Positions 29,645-40,100 of a stretch of DNA of 64,000 nucleotides are shown piece by piece. A model generated the notes under the pieces. It saw only the letters and a program-made list of their open reading frames with translations, had not been told where the DNA came from and did not search any database. The stretch is from assembly GCA_046582655.1 (NCBI GenBank), contig JAYGDX010000089.1, forward strand, positions 20,129 through 84,128. The letters are read 5' to 3'. The stretch is from Candidatus Poribacteria bacterium (GTDB taxonomy: Bacteria > Poribacteria > WGA-4E > UBA9662). The first letter of the stretch is position 1. Each line of letters opens with the position of its first letter. The translations under genes and the position numbers were made by a program.

Positions 29645-30840
29645 TGGCACAATCACATAAAATTACCATGTTAGGTACAGGTTTTATCGCTGATTTTTAC
29701 ACCTTAACGCTTCATAATCAGCGTGGGCCAGAACAGGTCCATATGGTTTATTCGCGATCTGAAGAACGGGCAAAAGGGTTCCAAGACAAATGGGGAGTTC
29801 CTCATGGATCTATCAGTCTTGAAAAAGCTATCAACTGCGCAGAAACTGACACAGTGATTATCGGTTTGCCGAATCATCGTCACGAAGAAGCAGTGATTGC
29901 CGCAGCGAAAGCAGGTAAAGCAGTTCTGTGCACTAAACCTCTGGGACGGAACGCCGACGAAGCCAAACGAATGTTGGATGCCGTTGAAAAAGCTGGTGTC
30001 TTCAATGGTTACTTGGAAGACTTAGTTTATCCTCCCAAGACGTTGAAAGCAATTCAATCCGTCAAAAACGGAGCCCTAGGGAAAATCTTATGGGTCAGAT
30101 CTCGCGAAACACATCCTGGACCTCATAGTGACTGGTTCTGGGATATTGAACAAGCTGGAGGTGGGGCGATTGTCGATATGGGATGCCATTGCGTTGAGAT
30201 CATTCGAAATTTCGTAGGCAAGGGCATCCGGCCTGTTGAAGCGATGTGTTGGGCTGATACACTTGTCCATCCCATTGATGCTGAAGACCACGGAATTGGT
30301 CTAATCCGGTTTGAAAATGGTGCTATGGGTCAATTTGAGGTCAGTTGGGCTTTTCGGGGTGGGATGGATCTTCGCGACGAAATTTCTGGTTCGGAAGGAA
30401 CTATCTGGCTTAATCATTGGCTGAGAACTGGTTACGAGATGTTTACCTCAGTTGGACAGGGCGGCTACGTGGCAGAAAAGGCAGAAGGTGATACAGGCTG
30501 GCTTTTTCCTGTTGGTGATGAAGCGGCAGAACTCGGATATACTGATATGTTTAATGAAATGTTCAACTGCTTGGATAACAGCACCAAACCAACGGAAACT
30601 TTCTATGACGGTTATGTTGTCAATGCCATGATTGATGCCTGCTACAAGTCTGCCAAGTCAAAGCAATGGGAGCCGATCCAACTAGAGGTTTGGCATGGTG
30701 AGGAATCTGTCGAACATCTTAGATCCATAACTGAGATAGATGGAAAGGTTCTATTAAAAACTGAAGTCATGCCAGATGGAAAAACCAAGCAGATCCTCAA
30801 AGACCCGGAAACCGATAAAATAATTGAGCAAATACTGTAA
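29641..30840 (+). CDS. Gfo/Idh/MocA-family NAD(P)-dependent oxidoreductase
   Basis: N-terminal Rossmann motif [13 protein letters not shown], the typical EKPL region ([12 protein letters not shown]), and a C-terminal alpha/beta domain. Confidence 0.8.
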   Translation: MMAQSHKITMLGTGFIADFYTLTLHNQRGPEQVHMVYSRSEERAKGFQDKWGVPHGSISLEKAINCAETDTVIIGLPNHRHEEAVIAAAKAGKAVLCTKPLGRNADEAKRMLDAVEKAGVFNGYLEDLVYPPKTLKAIQSVKNGALGKILWVRSRETHPGPHSDWFWDIEQAGGGAIVDMGCHCVEIIRNFVGKGIRPVEAMCWADTLVHPIDAEDHGIGLIRFENGAMGQFEVSWAFRGGMDLRDEISGSEGTIWLNHWLRTGYEMFTSVGQGGYVAEKAEGDTGWLFPVGDEAAELGYTDMFNEMFNCLDNSTKPTETFYDGYVVNAMIDACYKSAKSKQWEPIQLEVWHGEESVEHLRSITEIDGKVLLKTEVMPDGKTKQILKDPETDKIIEQIL

Positions 30841-30845
30841 CGTGG

Positions 30846-32141
30846 ATGACTAACTTATTTGATATCGGCGACCGCCATGAAATTTATCTGAACAGTTTAA
30901 CCTATTCCAATTCGGCTGTCGGTCGAATTGACAATATCGTAACTTTCGTGGAAGGTGGTGTCGCAGGCGATACTGTTCTAACTGAAATCACAAAAATTAA
31001 GAGGAAAAGTCTCGAAGCCAAGATTATCGAATTTGTTTCGCCATCTCCAGATCGGGTGGATCCTCCCTGTGATTTCTTTCGAGATGGATGTGGTGGATGC
31101 CAATGGCAACACACTGATTACGCCACGCAGATTGATGCCAAAAAGCAGATACTAACCGAGAGTCTCAAGCGAATTTCCAAATTAACATATCTACCGGATA
31201 TTACGCTGCACCCAGCCAATCAAACACTGGGTTATCGAAATTACATTCGTCTAACGGTATCCGAAGTTGAACCGACACTCAAGTTCGGTTTTAAACGGAA
31301 AAACACGCATCAACTTGTTCAAATTAACCAATGTAAAATCGCCGATCCACAGATTAATCTTTCATTACCCCAAGTTATTGATCTAATCCGGGATTTCCAG
31401 ATTTTTTCGGTCAAATCGTTCTCTCTGCGAAGGTCAAAATCCTCTGGTGAAGTCATGTTGATTCTCATCTATCCCAAAAGTAAGAAACCAAACTTAAAAA
31501 TCCAGACTGAAGACTTAAAAAATTATCCGCAGATCAACTCGGTTTATGTCAAGACAGGTGAACGCGGTTCGCCAAGTTGGGTTGCAGGTAAACACTCAAT
31601 GACGGAAGTAATTGGAGGTATCAGCTATGAGATTGGTGCTGACTGTTTCTTTCAAACTAACTTTAGCGGATTAGGAACCCTGATTAAAATTGTTGAGCAC
31701 GGTGTTCAGTTCATCAAACCATTAACAACAATCGACGCGCATTGTGGAGTTGGAACGTTCACGTTGCCGATTGCCAAGTATTCACAACGCATTCTTGGAA
31801 TTGACTTGCACCGGCATTCGGTGAACTCAGCCATTAAAAACGCCAAACGAAATCAGATCAATAATGTCGAGTTTCAAACCGCAAATCTCGCACAGATTAA
31901 GGGTATCAAGGCGGATTTTATTATTCTCAACCCCCCAAGAACCGGGTGCTGGAAAGAGGATTTAGTTGGCATAACCAGAATGCTCCCACCCCACGTTATG
32001 TACGTATCGTGCAATCCAACCACGCTGGCGCGCGATTTAGTCAAACTTAAATCAGTTTACAAAATCGCGAATTTGGATTTGGTCGATCTTTTTCCGATGA
32101 CCTATCATTTTGAAACAATTGCTTGGCTTCAAAAACAATAG
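30846..32141 (+). CDS. TRAM-domain 23S rRNA (uracil-C5)-methyltransferase, RumA/RlmD family
   Basis: N-terminal TRAM-like beta segment, an Fe-S cysteine cluster (CDFFRDGCGGCQWQH), a SAM-binding motif (DAHCGVGTFTL), and the catalytic region near the C-terminus (NPPRTGC). Confidence 0.8.
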   Translation: MTNLFDIGDRHEIYLNSLTYSNSAVGRIDNIVTFVEGGVAGDTVLTEITKIKRKSLEAKIIEFVSPSPDRVDPPCDFFRDGCGGCQWQHTDYATQIDAKKQILTESLKRISKLTYLPDITLHPANQTLGYRNYIRLTVSEVEPTLKFGFKRKNTHQLVQINQCKIADPQINLSLPQVIDLIRDFQIFSVKSFSLRRSKSSGEVMLILIYPKSKKPNLKIQTEDLKNYPQINSVYVKTGERGSPSWVAGKHSMTEVIGGISYEIGADCFFQTNFSGLGTLIKIVEHGVQFIKPLTTIDAHCGVGTFTLPIAKYSQRILGIDLHRHSVNSAIKNAKRNQINNVEFQTANLAQIKGIKADFIILNPPRTGCWKEDLVGITRMLPPHVMYVSCNPTTLARDLVKLKSVYKIANLDLVDLFPMTYHFETIAWLQKQ

Positions 32142-32153
32142 TTGGAGTGAAAA

Positions 32154-33002
32154 ATGAGTCGAAAAATAGAAGTTTGGGAAGTAGCAATTTCCATATTCTT
32201 GGTTACCGGTTTTTTGATGGCGGATGGACAAGCAGATATAGAGGGAAACACGGATCAACTTCGGTTAAGAGCAGAACTGCAACGCCTTGAAAGTGAATTA
32301 AAACGCATCTCCAATCCGGAACAATTAGAGGTTGAAGAAAACTTTCAACAACAAAAAGATACACCTGCGCGTGTCAGAGAAATCCAACAACGGATTGGGA
32401 AAATTCAAGGTATTCAGTCACAGCCAGGAAGGAAGGTATCAGTACCAACTAAAGAACAACTCGACAAAATTATTGCCAATTTACGGGTGGAAATCAACAA
32501 AGCAAACAAACCGATTGAGAAAGTTGCTGAATTGGCACCAGGTTCGGAAGAATTGCGAATGCTTCGCCGACGTTTAAGTCACAAAAAGCGAGTACTGCAC
32601 TGGAGAATTTCGCAGCGAAATTGGCTTGAAACCCAAGAGGAGAAAAAACTTCAACAGTTAGATCCTGAAGGAGAAAAGACATCACCATCGTCAGAACAGA
32701 TTGAAGTTGTTCTTGACGAACTCAGCATTGATCCAACAGAATTCAACCAGTCAGAAGATACGTCATTCCACAACCGCCAACAACTTGAGTTCTTTTCATT
32801 AAACTATGTGTCTGCAGATTATGCATTAGATGTAGTTGAACCATTTCTTACCCCTGGAAATATAGCCGTTTCAGTTGATCTTAACACAAATACCCTGATC
32901 GTAAGAGACGTACCGAAAGTGCTAATTGATATTGACCAGATAATAGCCCATATTGACATTAATACCGATAAACAAAATAAGAGGCAAATACCAGATGATT
33001 GA
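32154..33002 (+). CDS. Hypothetical protein with an N-terminal TM segment, a coiled coil and a secretin/NolW-like N-domain
   Basis: The N-terminus has a TM segment (VAISIFLVTGFLMA). There are long heptad-like stretches (LRLRAELQRLESELKRI...). The C-terminus (...NIAVSVDLNTNTLIVRDVPKVLIDIDQIIAHID) resembles secretin N-terminal domains. Confidence 0.5.
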   Translation: MSRKIEVWEVAISIFLVTGFLMADGQADIEGNTDQLRLRAELQRLESELKRISNPEQLEVEENFQQQKDTPARVREIQQRIGKIQGIQSQPGRKVSVPTKEQLDKIIANLRVEINKANKPIEKVAELAPGSEELRMLRRRLSHKKRVLHWRISQRNWLETQEEKKLQQLDPEGEKTSPSSEQIEVVLDELSIDPTEFNQSEDTSFHNRQQLEFFSLNYVSADYALDVVEPFLTPGNIAVSVDLNTNTLIVRDVPKVLIDIDQIIAHIDINTDKQNKRQIPDD

Positions 33003-33010
33003 TATTTTCC

Positions 33011-33038
33011 TCTTGCGGTTGAGCAGGATTTTTTCTTT
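33011..33038 (+). terminator. Rho-independent terminator candidate for the + strand gene ending at 33002
   Basis: Stem tcttgc / gcagga (one G-U wobble) with loop ggttga, followed by TTTTTTCTTT. Confidence 0.4.
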
Positions 33039-33069
33039 AAAAAAACCTCCTTAAAATCCTTCCAAGGAG
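33039..33069 (-). terminator. Rho-independent terminator candidate for rpsU (minus strand)
   Basis: On the minus strand this reads CTCCTTGGAAGGATTTTAAGGAG, a 6-bp stem, followed by a run of 7 U (the + strand A-run at 33039..33045). It lies just downstream of the rpsU stop at 33087. Confidence 0.5.
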
Positions 33070-33086
33070 TAAAATACATTTTCTCT

Positions 33087-33410
33087 CTAATAACTACGCC
33101 TTGTTGTGTTACTGCTTCCACGGAAGCCTGTATTCCGGTTGAAGCCTGTATTTCGGCTATTGGAATTTCCACGGTTATTGGAATTTCCATGACGGGAACG
33201 ATAATCGCCATTTTGGTTATCCCGAAGAGCCAGTTTCAGTTTACGCTCCCTTTTCAAGGTTATTCTACGTTTTTTCTCACTCGGCTTTTCATAGTAACTT
33301 CTCTTTTTGATTTCTTTGACGATTCCAGCCTTAGTACAATTCTTCTTAAAACGACCGAGAGCCTTTTCAATAGGTTCATCTGGATTAACCTTAACTTGTA
33401 CTTGAACCAT
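33087..33410 (-). CDS. rpsU: 30S ribosomal protein S21 with an Arg/Gly/Asn/Ser-rich C-terminal extension
   Basis: MVQVQVKVNPDEPIEKALGRFKKNCTKAGIVKEIKKRSYYEKPSEKKRR matches the S21 consensus. An extra ~45-aa low-complexity tail (GNSNNRGNSNSRNTGFNRNTGFRGSS) is encoded by short tandem DNA repeats. Confidence 0.85.
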   Translation of the reverse strand: MVQVQVKVNPDEPIEKALGRFKKNCTKAGIVKEIKKRSYYEKPSEKKRRITLKRERKLKLALRDNQNGDYRSRHGNSNNRGNSNSRNTGFNRNTGFRGSSNTTRRSY

Positions 33411-33608
33411 GACTTATTTACTCCTTAAACAACAATTATGGATACTCGAATTATATGGAATTTAAATACTAAAGTACATCAGACTTTTCTGAAATTTGCC
33501 CTAAAACACGCAAAATTACGGTATAATTGCTAACAAGATGCCAGTCGAATTATATCAACTTGACTAGCCATTATCAATAAAAAATTAGATTATAGAGCTA
33601 ATAGTAGT

Positions 33609-34943
33609 GTGATAAGAAAACTTGTTCTCAGATGTTTGGTCCAACTTGAAAGAAGAAATTCACAGATTGCACCTGTAATAGATATGGTTATTCGGCAGAA
33701 TCAATTAAATAATGTAGACCGAGGACTTCTAACTGAAATTGTATATGGTGCAATTCGTTGGCGAGGGCATCTTGACTGGATAATCCGTCAGTTTGTCAAA
33801 CCAGACTTTCAACTCGATTTACAGATGAGAAACATACTGCGGATCGGCGTGTATCAATTACTTTATCTTGATAAGATTCCGGCTCACGCTGCAATTAATG
33901 AAACAGTTAAACTGGCTAATCAAAAAGGACAAAAATCGAAGAATTTTGTCAATGCTATCTTGCGATCAATTCAGCGATCAACCAACAGTTTGACTCCTCC
34001 TCGATTTAAATTAGATCCGATTTCACACATCTCTACGAAACTGTCTTATCCTGGGTGGTTAGTTAAAAAATGGATCAGGCAGTCTAATCCTGAGTGGACG
34101 CTGAAATTCTGTCATGCCAGCAACCAAGTCGCCCCTGTATCGATCCGTACCAACACATTACGAACTGACCGAAAAAAACTTGCCAAGTCACTTCAGGAGG
34201 ATGGTAACCAAGTCGTAGAAAGCCAGATCTCACCCGATGGATTGCTGCTAACCAAGACTAATCCGATCCGTTCACTGAGTGATTTTCAAGCTGGATTGTT
34301 TCAGATCCAAGATGAAGCCGCCCAACTTGTTTCCCACTTGCTTGATCCGCAGGAAAAGTCACAAATTGTTGATCTTTGTGCATCTCCAGGTGGAAAGACA
34401 ACACATCTTGCACAGCTAGTTGGAAATGTTACGAATATCGTCGCAATCGACTTATCGACAAAGAAAATTAAGAGGATTCAGGAAAACTGTAAACGACTCG
34501 GTATCACAAATGTCCGCACGCAAGTAGCCAATGCCACAACAGATGAGATCAAGGCTTTGGCTACAGCAGATTCAATTTTGATTGACGCACCCTGTTCAGG
34601 CACTGGTACTTTGCGACGTCATCCAGATATTCGTTGGAAAAGAACCGCCAAACAGATAGTAGATCTTGCCAATCTGCAACTTGAAATTCTGATTAAAACA
34701 GCAATGCAGATAAAATCTGGTGCAGTCATAATTTACAGTACATGCTCAACTGAAGTTGAAGAAAATCAGGGGGTAATTACTCGGTTTCTTGAAGTATGCC
34801 CACAATTTGCTGTTGAACCAGCACACGATTTCCTGCCATTTTTACCAGCTGATGCAATCACATCTGAGGGACATCTGCAAGTATTTCCACACACGCATAA
34901 AGTTGACGGGACTTTCGCTGTCAGGTTACGCAAAAATGATTAA
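33609..34943 (+). CDS. rsmB: 16S rRNA (cytosine-C5)-methyltransferase RsmB/Sun
   Basis: GTG start. N-terminal NusB-like domain. SAM motif DLCASPGGKTTHLAQL. Catalytic motifs ILIDAPCSGTGTLRRHPD and a C-terminal TCS. Confidence 0.85.
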   Translation: MIRKLVLRCLVQLERRNSQIAPVIDMVIRQNQLNNVDRGLLTEIVYGAIRWRGHLDWIIRQFVKPDFQLDLQMRNILRIGVYQLLYLDKIPAHAAINETVKLANQKGQKSKNFVNAILRSIQRSTNSLTPPRFKLDPISHISTKLSYPGWLVKKWIRQSNPEWTLKFCHASNQVAPVSIRTNTLRTDRKKLAKSLQEDGNQVVESQISPDGLLLTKTNPIRSLSDFQAGLFQIQDEAAQLVSHLLDPQEKSQIVDLCASPGGKTTHLAQLVGNVTNIVAIDLSTKKIKRIQENCKRLGITNVRTQVANATTDEIKALATADSILIDAPCSGTGTLRRHPDIRWKRTAKQIVDLANLQLEILIKTAMQIKSGAVIIYSTCSTEVEENQGVITRFLEVCPQFAVEPAHDFLPFLPADAITSEGHLQVFPHTHKVDGTFAVRLRKND

Positions 34944-36411
34944 TCCATTACTGGAAATGAAATCCATTACCAAAGAATTTCCGGGTGTCCGTGCCCTAGA
35001 TCAAGTGTCATTCGCTGTTGCACACGGTGAAATCCATGCGCTCTGCGGCGAAAATGGGGCGGGAAAATCAACACTCATCAAAATCCTTGGTGGCGTTCAT
35101 CCGTACGGTACTTATCAAGGAACATTACGAATCGAAAAAAGGGATCAACAGTTCCATTCTGTCCGTGATGCAAAAAAATCGGGCGTAGCAATCATTCATC
35201 AGGAATTGACTCTGATTCCCAAGTTGACTGTTGCGGAGAATATCTTCCTCGACAGAGAACAAACCAAACTTGGAATAATTGATCATCATCAACTATATAG
35301 CGATACAAACCGACTTCCCAAAGATTTTGCTCTTGGCATACCTATTCAAACTCCCATTGAGCATCTTGGGATTGACCAATAGCAGATGGTTGAGATCATC
35401 AAAGTCCTGTCGCAGGATGCACGAGTTTTGGTTCTTGACGAACCGACTGCCGCTTTGACGGAGGCTGAAATCAAAGCCTTACTCCAAATCCTGAATCAAC
35501 TTCGAGATAAAGGAATTACCTGTATCTATAATCACCCATAAACTGAAAGAAGTATTTGCTATTGCTCTGATAGGGTAACAGTCCTACGTGATGGACAAAC
35601 TATCAGAACCCTATCAACTGGCAAAGCTAATGAAAGTCAAATTATTCAAATGATGGTTGGTCGTAAGCTGGATTACCAAAGGCAGTCGGATGATGAATTG
35701 AAAAAAGGACAGACTGACAACACCGCAGACTTGGCCTTACAGGTGAATAACCTGAATGCCTACTACGTTGGTCGTCCCCACCAAACTTATTGTTGAAAAA
35801 TATTGATTTTAGCCTTCGATACGGTGAAATCCTCGGCATTGCAGGATTGATGGGGGCAGGCAGAACAGAATTAGTCTTATCGATCTGGGGTGCGTACGAT
35901 GGAAAAGTTAAAGGTCAAATTTTGATCGATGGTATACCAGTTCGGATTAATTCACCACAAGATGCAATATCACGTTGAATAGGATTCGTCAGTGAGGATC
36001 GGAAACGATTCGGCCTGATTCTTGACGCTAATCTCGAAACTAATATGACGCTGGCAAGCCTCGATCAGATGACGCAAATGGGTATCATTGATCGTAATCA
36101 GGCATTTCATCAAACCAGCCATTATGTCGAATCCATGCAAATTAAGTCCCCTTCGCTTGAAACTGCCGCCAAAAAATTAAGCGGTGGGAATCAACAAAAA
36201 ATGGTACGGGGAAAATGGCTGATGACACAACCGAAAATTTTATTTCTTGATGAGCCTGTGGCGATTATTATAACCTCATCAGATGTTACCTGAGACTCTG
36301 GGAGTAAGTAGCAGGATTATTGTCCTTCATGAAGGCGAAATTACTGGCCAATTTACAAACCAGGAAGTGATACAGGAAGATATTCTCCAATGTGCTTCCG
36401 GAAGACATTGA
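34936..36411 (+). pseudogene. Two-domain sugar ABC transporter ATP-binding protein (RbsA/MglA/XylG-like), inactivated by a nonsense codon and several frameshifts
   Basis: The first ABC domain is intact up to ...GIDQ, then an in-frame TAG at 35380 sits where Gln is expected (LSxGxQQ-VEI). Further fragments in shifted frames read [84 protein letters not shown]...LFLDEP and VLHEGEITGQF. Confidence 0.65.
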
Positions 36412-36472
36412 CAAAAGCGTATACTCTCGTTATTATAACTCAATAAAGACAAGCTATTCCTAAGGAAGTTTA

Positions 36473-37681
36473 ATGCCTCTAATTGAACCTGACGGTGGGG
36501 AATTGATTAATCTCATCGTTCCAGAAAATCAAAGATCCGAAAAAAAATCGGAAGCTGAGTCATTGCCAAAAATGGTCATCAACGAATATCATTTGCAATG
36601 GATCCACATATTAAGTGAAGGGTGGGCAAATCCACTTACCGGATTTATGCGTGAGAATCAGTTTTTACAAACAATCCATTTTAATACCATACGGCAACCA
36701 GATGGCACGCTCGTTAATCAATCCGTTCCGATTACGCTCGATATCTCAGATCAGGATTGCGATCGTCTGCAAAACGCCGACGCAATTACACTGGCAAAAT
36801 CAAATGATGAGCCTGTGGCGATTTTACGAGATCCGGAGTTTTATACCAACCCGAAAGAAGAATACGCTGCCCGAACGATTGGATTTACGCATGTCGGCCA
36901 CCCAACGGTCGAACGAATTATGAAAATGAGTACGCAGTTGGTTGGTGGGGATCTCGAGGTCCTCAGACCAATCGTCTATAACGATGGGCTTGATCACTAT
37001 CGTCTGTCACCCGCTGAATTACGTGCAGAATTCGAAAAGCGTGGTGCAGACGCGGTTTATGCTTTTCAACTCCGAAATCCGGTTCATAATGGCCATGCTT
37101 TACTAATGAACGAAACAAAAGAGCAACTAAAAACACAAGGATACAAAAACCCTGTGCTTCTGTTGCATCCGCTTGGAGGATGGACGAAAGAAGACGATGT
37201 TCCTCTAGATGTCAGGATGCGTCAACATGGTGCAGTACTTGAAGATGGGATATTGGATCCGATCTCAACAGTTGTTTCCATTTTTCCCAGCCCCATGCTT
37301 TACGGTGGGCCGACAGAAGTTCAGTGGCACGCCAAAGCCCGAATCAATGCCGGGGTGAGTCACTACATCGTTGGGCGTGATCCCGCGGGGATAACGCATC
37401 CGGAGACGGGTGAACCTGTCTACGACCCGTTTCACGGCATGAAAGTCCTGCAGATGGCTATCGGTCTGGAAAAACTGGAAATCATCGAGTTCAAATTTGC
37501 CGCTTATGACAAGGTTTCCGGCAAGATGGGATTCTTTGACCCTAGCCGAGCTGACGATTTTCTGATGATTTCTGGTTCACAAATGCGGGAATACGCACGA
37601 AACAAAGAGACACCTCCAGATGGATTCATGGGTAAAAAGGCTTGGCAGGTTATTGCAGAATACTATGCCTCAATCAATTAG
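36473..37681 (+). CDS. sat: Sulfate adenylyltransferase (ATP sulfurylase, homo-oligomeric Sat type)
   Basis: N-terminal PUA-like region with ...WANPLTGFM. Catalytic motifs AFQLRNPVHNGHALL and GRDPAG. About 400 aa, consistent with Sat. Confidence 0.8.
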   Translation: MPLIEPDGGELINLIVPENQRSEKKSEAESLPKMVINEYHLQWIHILSEGWANPLTGFMRENQFLQTIHFNTIRQPDGTLVNQSVPITLDISDQDCDRLQNADAITLAKSNDEPVAILRDPEFYTNPKEEYAARTIGFTHVGHPTVERIMKMSTQLVGGDLEVLRPIVYNDGLDHYRLSPAELRAEFEKRGADAVYAFQLRNPVHNGHALLMNETKEQLKTQGYKNPVLLLHPLGGWTKEDDVPLDVRMRQHGAVLEDGILDPISTVVSIFPSPMLYGGPTEVQWHAKARINAGVSHYIVGRDPAGITHPETGEPVYDPFHGMKVLQMAIGLEKLEIIEFKFAAYDKVSGKMGFFDPSRADDFLMISGSQMREYARNKETPPDGFMGKKAWQVIAEYYASIN

Positions 37682-37766
37682 TATTCCAGCTACCAAACCC
37701 TTAAATGCAATTATTAGGTTGGTATTTCGACCACCTGTACTATCTCAGAAATAAGGGGAAGATTAG

Positions 37767-38657
37767 ATGTCAATCAAGCTGAAAAGCAGTTATACTAACA
37801 TTAAAAACTGGTTTCGCGGAAATTTGCACACACACACTACAGAAAGTGACGGTTCACGTCCTCCAGAGATAGTCATCGCCGATTACGAATCTCGAGGCTA
37901 TGATTTCCTTTGCATCTCCGATCACGATATTCTGGTAGATCCAAGTCAATATCAGCAAGATACCTCCATGACACTAATCCCCGCAGTAGAGGTGTCAGCA
38001 CATGGACCGCACATTCAGCAAGTCAATGCCAATAATCGTGTTGCTCCTGATTCAGATCGGCAAGTTGTGGTGAGAGAGATCATTGCAGACCAGTCAATCT
38101 GCATTTTGAATCATCCTAATTGGGGAAGACAATACAACCATTTCCCACATGATTTAATGGAATCATTAGATGGATATCACGGTATCGAAATCTATAATGG
38201 TGTCATCCAACGATTGCACGGGTCAGCGCTAGCCGCGGATCGATGGGATCGTCTACTTTCTGATGGACATCGGCTTTGGGGGTATGGCAATGATGACTCC
38301 CACCAACCGGGAGATGTCGAAATCGCATGGAACATTGTACAAGCTAAAGATTGTACAGTTGACCAAATTGATGCTGGGTTGCGTAACGGCAGTTTTTACG
38401 CCTCAACTGGTGTTACTATCAGTTCAATAGAAACTAGTGGTACAACGATCCATGTCAAAACCAAAGACGCTCAGAGAGTTTGCTTCGTCAGTAAACTAGG
38501 AGTAATTCAGTCAATCGTTGATGAGGCTGAAGTCAGCTACACTTTGCCAGAAGACCCAAACCAAGCACTTAGCTTGAGCTATATCCGTGCGGAATGCTAT
38601 GGATCAGGAGGAAGTGTGGCTTGGACCCAACCAATCTTCATCGAGGAAAATGCATAA
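37767..38657 (+). CDS. PHP-domain metal-dependent phosphoesterase, possibly a 3',5'-bisphosphate nucleotide (pAp) phosphatase of the PHP family
   Basis: The FRGNLHTHTTESDGS...DFLCISDHD motifs are typical of PHP/polymerase-histidinol-phosphatase domains. A pAp-phosphatase role is my inference, from its position next to sat and from known PHP-family pAp phosphatases. Confidence 0.55.
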   Translation: MSIKLKSSYTNIKNWFRGNLHTHTTESDGSRPPEIVIADYESRGYDFLCISDHDILVDPSQYQQDTSMTLIPAVEVSAHGPHIQQVNANNRVAPDSDRQVVVREIIADQSICILNHPNWGRQYNHFPHDLMESLDGYHGIEIYNGVIQRLHGSALAADRWDRLLSDGHRLWGYGNDDSHQPGDVEIAWNIVQAKDCTVDQIDAGLRNGSFYASTGVTISSIETSGTTIHVKTKDAQRVCFVSKLGVIQSIVDEAEVSYTLPEDPNQALSLSYIRAECYGSGGSVAWTQPIFIEENA

Positions 38658-38912
38658 ATCTATACAACGCATCGCGGATTGTTGTATTGGACGATTTGAC
38701 ACTGTAGTATTAAAATGACATAATACTAAAGTTTTAGTATTATAATCTTAGTTCAGATTTCCAAGTTTAATTCTGTAAAGATTAATTGACTTGCTATCGA
38801 TAGAGAACAGCCCTCAATCTTCACATTTTGAGCACATACAATTTCCCTGATTCATAACCGAGGAATCCGATAAAAGAAACCTCGTCTTTACCAATCTAAG
38901 GAAACTGGAGAA

Positions 38913-40100
38913 ATGACAGGAAGATCTCGATTTAGGTTTGCCATCCTATTTTTTATTTCTATTGTTCTAACTTCGTATTATGATGCTGAGGCCTTTATCC
39001 AGAAGGAATATTCACTTCAGGAGGTATTGAGCGAATGTTCCAATGTCCTTTTTGGCACAGTCACTGAAGTCGACCAAAAGCGGATGATGGCAAAGGTGAA
39101 ACCGGAGGAAAACTTAAAGGGAGAAACCAAGTTTAGCCAGATTAAAATTAACATCGGTGTTGGACAAGGGAACTTCCCTCAACAACTAATTCGGAAGTTT
39201 AAGGTTGGAGAACCGATTATCATCTTTTATAAAGACGAAGGTGGCCGGATCGCAAGTGTTGGTCATATTGGTGGAATTTGGTTTCAGATCTTTGCGCCTA
39301 AGCGTTCTGACAGAAATAAGATCTGGTGGAATTTTACGCACATTGAAATTTATATGCACCGTACTTACAAAGGTTCAACAGTTGATTTCCAAAGTCATCT
39401 GCGCCAAGTTTTTGCCGGGAAAATTAAACCCAAAGGGAAAAAAGGATCTCAATCTTATAATCTAGCGGACGCTCCAACAGGAGCCATACGTGTTATGGTA
39501 CTCAATGGTGCTCGTTACGATGTTGAGTTCTCAACCTTAACTGATTTTGATCAAGCCAACAATCACAAAGTTGTTTACCAGCAGACGGAAGACCGTGATC
39601 TACCCGGTATCGAAAAAGCAGACATCTTGTGGATTGGTCAAGGAGTGATTAGTAACGACAAGTACTTTTTAACCTCCAAGCAAGAGAAGAAGATTAAAGC
39701 TTTTGTCAAAAGTGGCGGTGTGGCAATCGTGTCTAGCCAAGACAGCGATGATGAACGTCCATGCGAGGTTGGTTGGATATCTGAGCCAATAAAAGGAATT
39801 GAAAGTATGGGGCGAAGTGACTTCAAAGCGACCGAACACGCTGGATCTCTTTTCGATACTCCTAACCGGATAAGATCAGGGGAGGTTTTTTTGGACGATA
39901 CTTGGTCAGACTGGAGCAGTAAATATATCATGTTGGCAACGACAAATTCAGGCAAAAATGTTGCTGTGGCTATGCTCAAACATGGACGTGGAATATATCT
40001 ATTAACTGGTTTTCAAAATGAAACAACTGCAAATGTATTTGTTAATCGATTAATGATTGAGAATCTTATACACTTTGCCGCTAATTGGCTTAAGGGATGA
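38913..40100 (+). CDS. Hypothetical secreted protein with a C-terminal class-I glutamine-amidotransferase-like/ThuA-like fold suggested
   Basis: Good Shine-Dalgarno (GGAGAAATG) and signal peptide MTGRSRFRFAILFFISIVLTSYYDAEA. The C-terminal region DILWIGQGVISNDKYFLTSKQEKKIKAFVKSGGVAIVSSQD looks like a flavodoxin/GATase-like fold. No firm family assignment. Confidence 0.5.
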   Translation: MTGRSRFRFAILFFISIVLTSYYDAEAFIQKEYSLQEVLSECSNVLFGTVTEVDQKRMMAKVKPEENLKGETKFSQIKINIGVGQGNFPQQLIRKFKVGEPIIIFYKDEGGRIASVGHIGGIWFQIFAPKRSDRNKIWWNFTHIEIYMHRTYKGSTVDFQSHLRQVFAGKIKPKGKKGSQSYNLADAPTGAIRVMVLNGARYDVEFSTLTDFDQANNHKVVYQQTEDRDLPGIEKADILWIGQGVISNDKYFLTSKQEKKIKAFVKSGGVAIVSSQDSDDERPCEVGWISEPIKGIESMGRSDFKATEHAGSLFDTPNRIRSGEVFLDDTWSDWSSKYIMLATTNSGKNVAVAMLKHGRGIYLLTGFQNETTANVFVNRLMIENLIHFAANWLKG

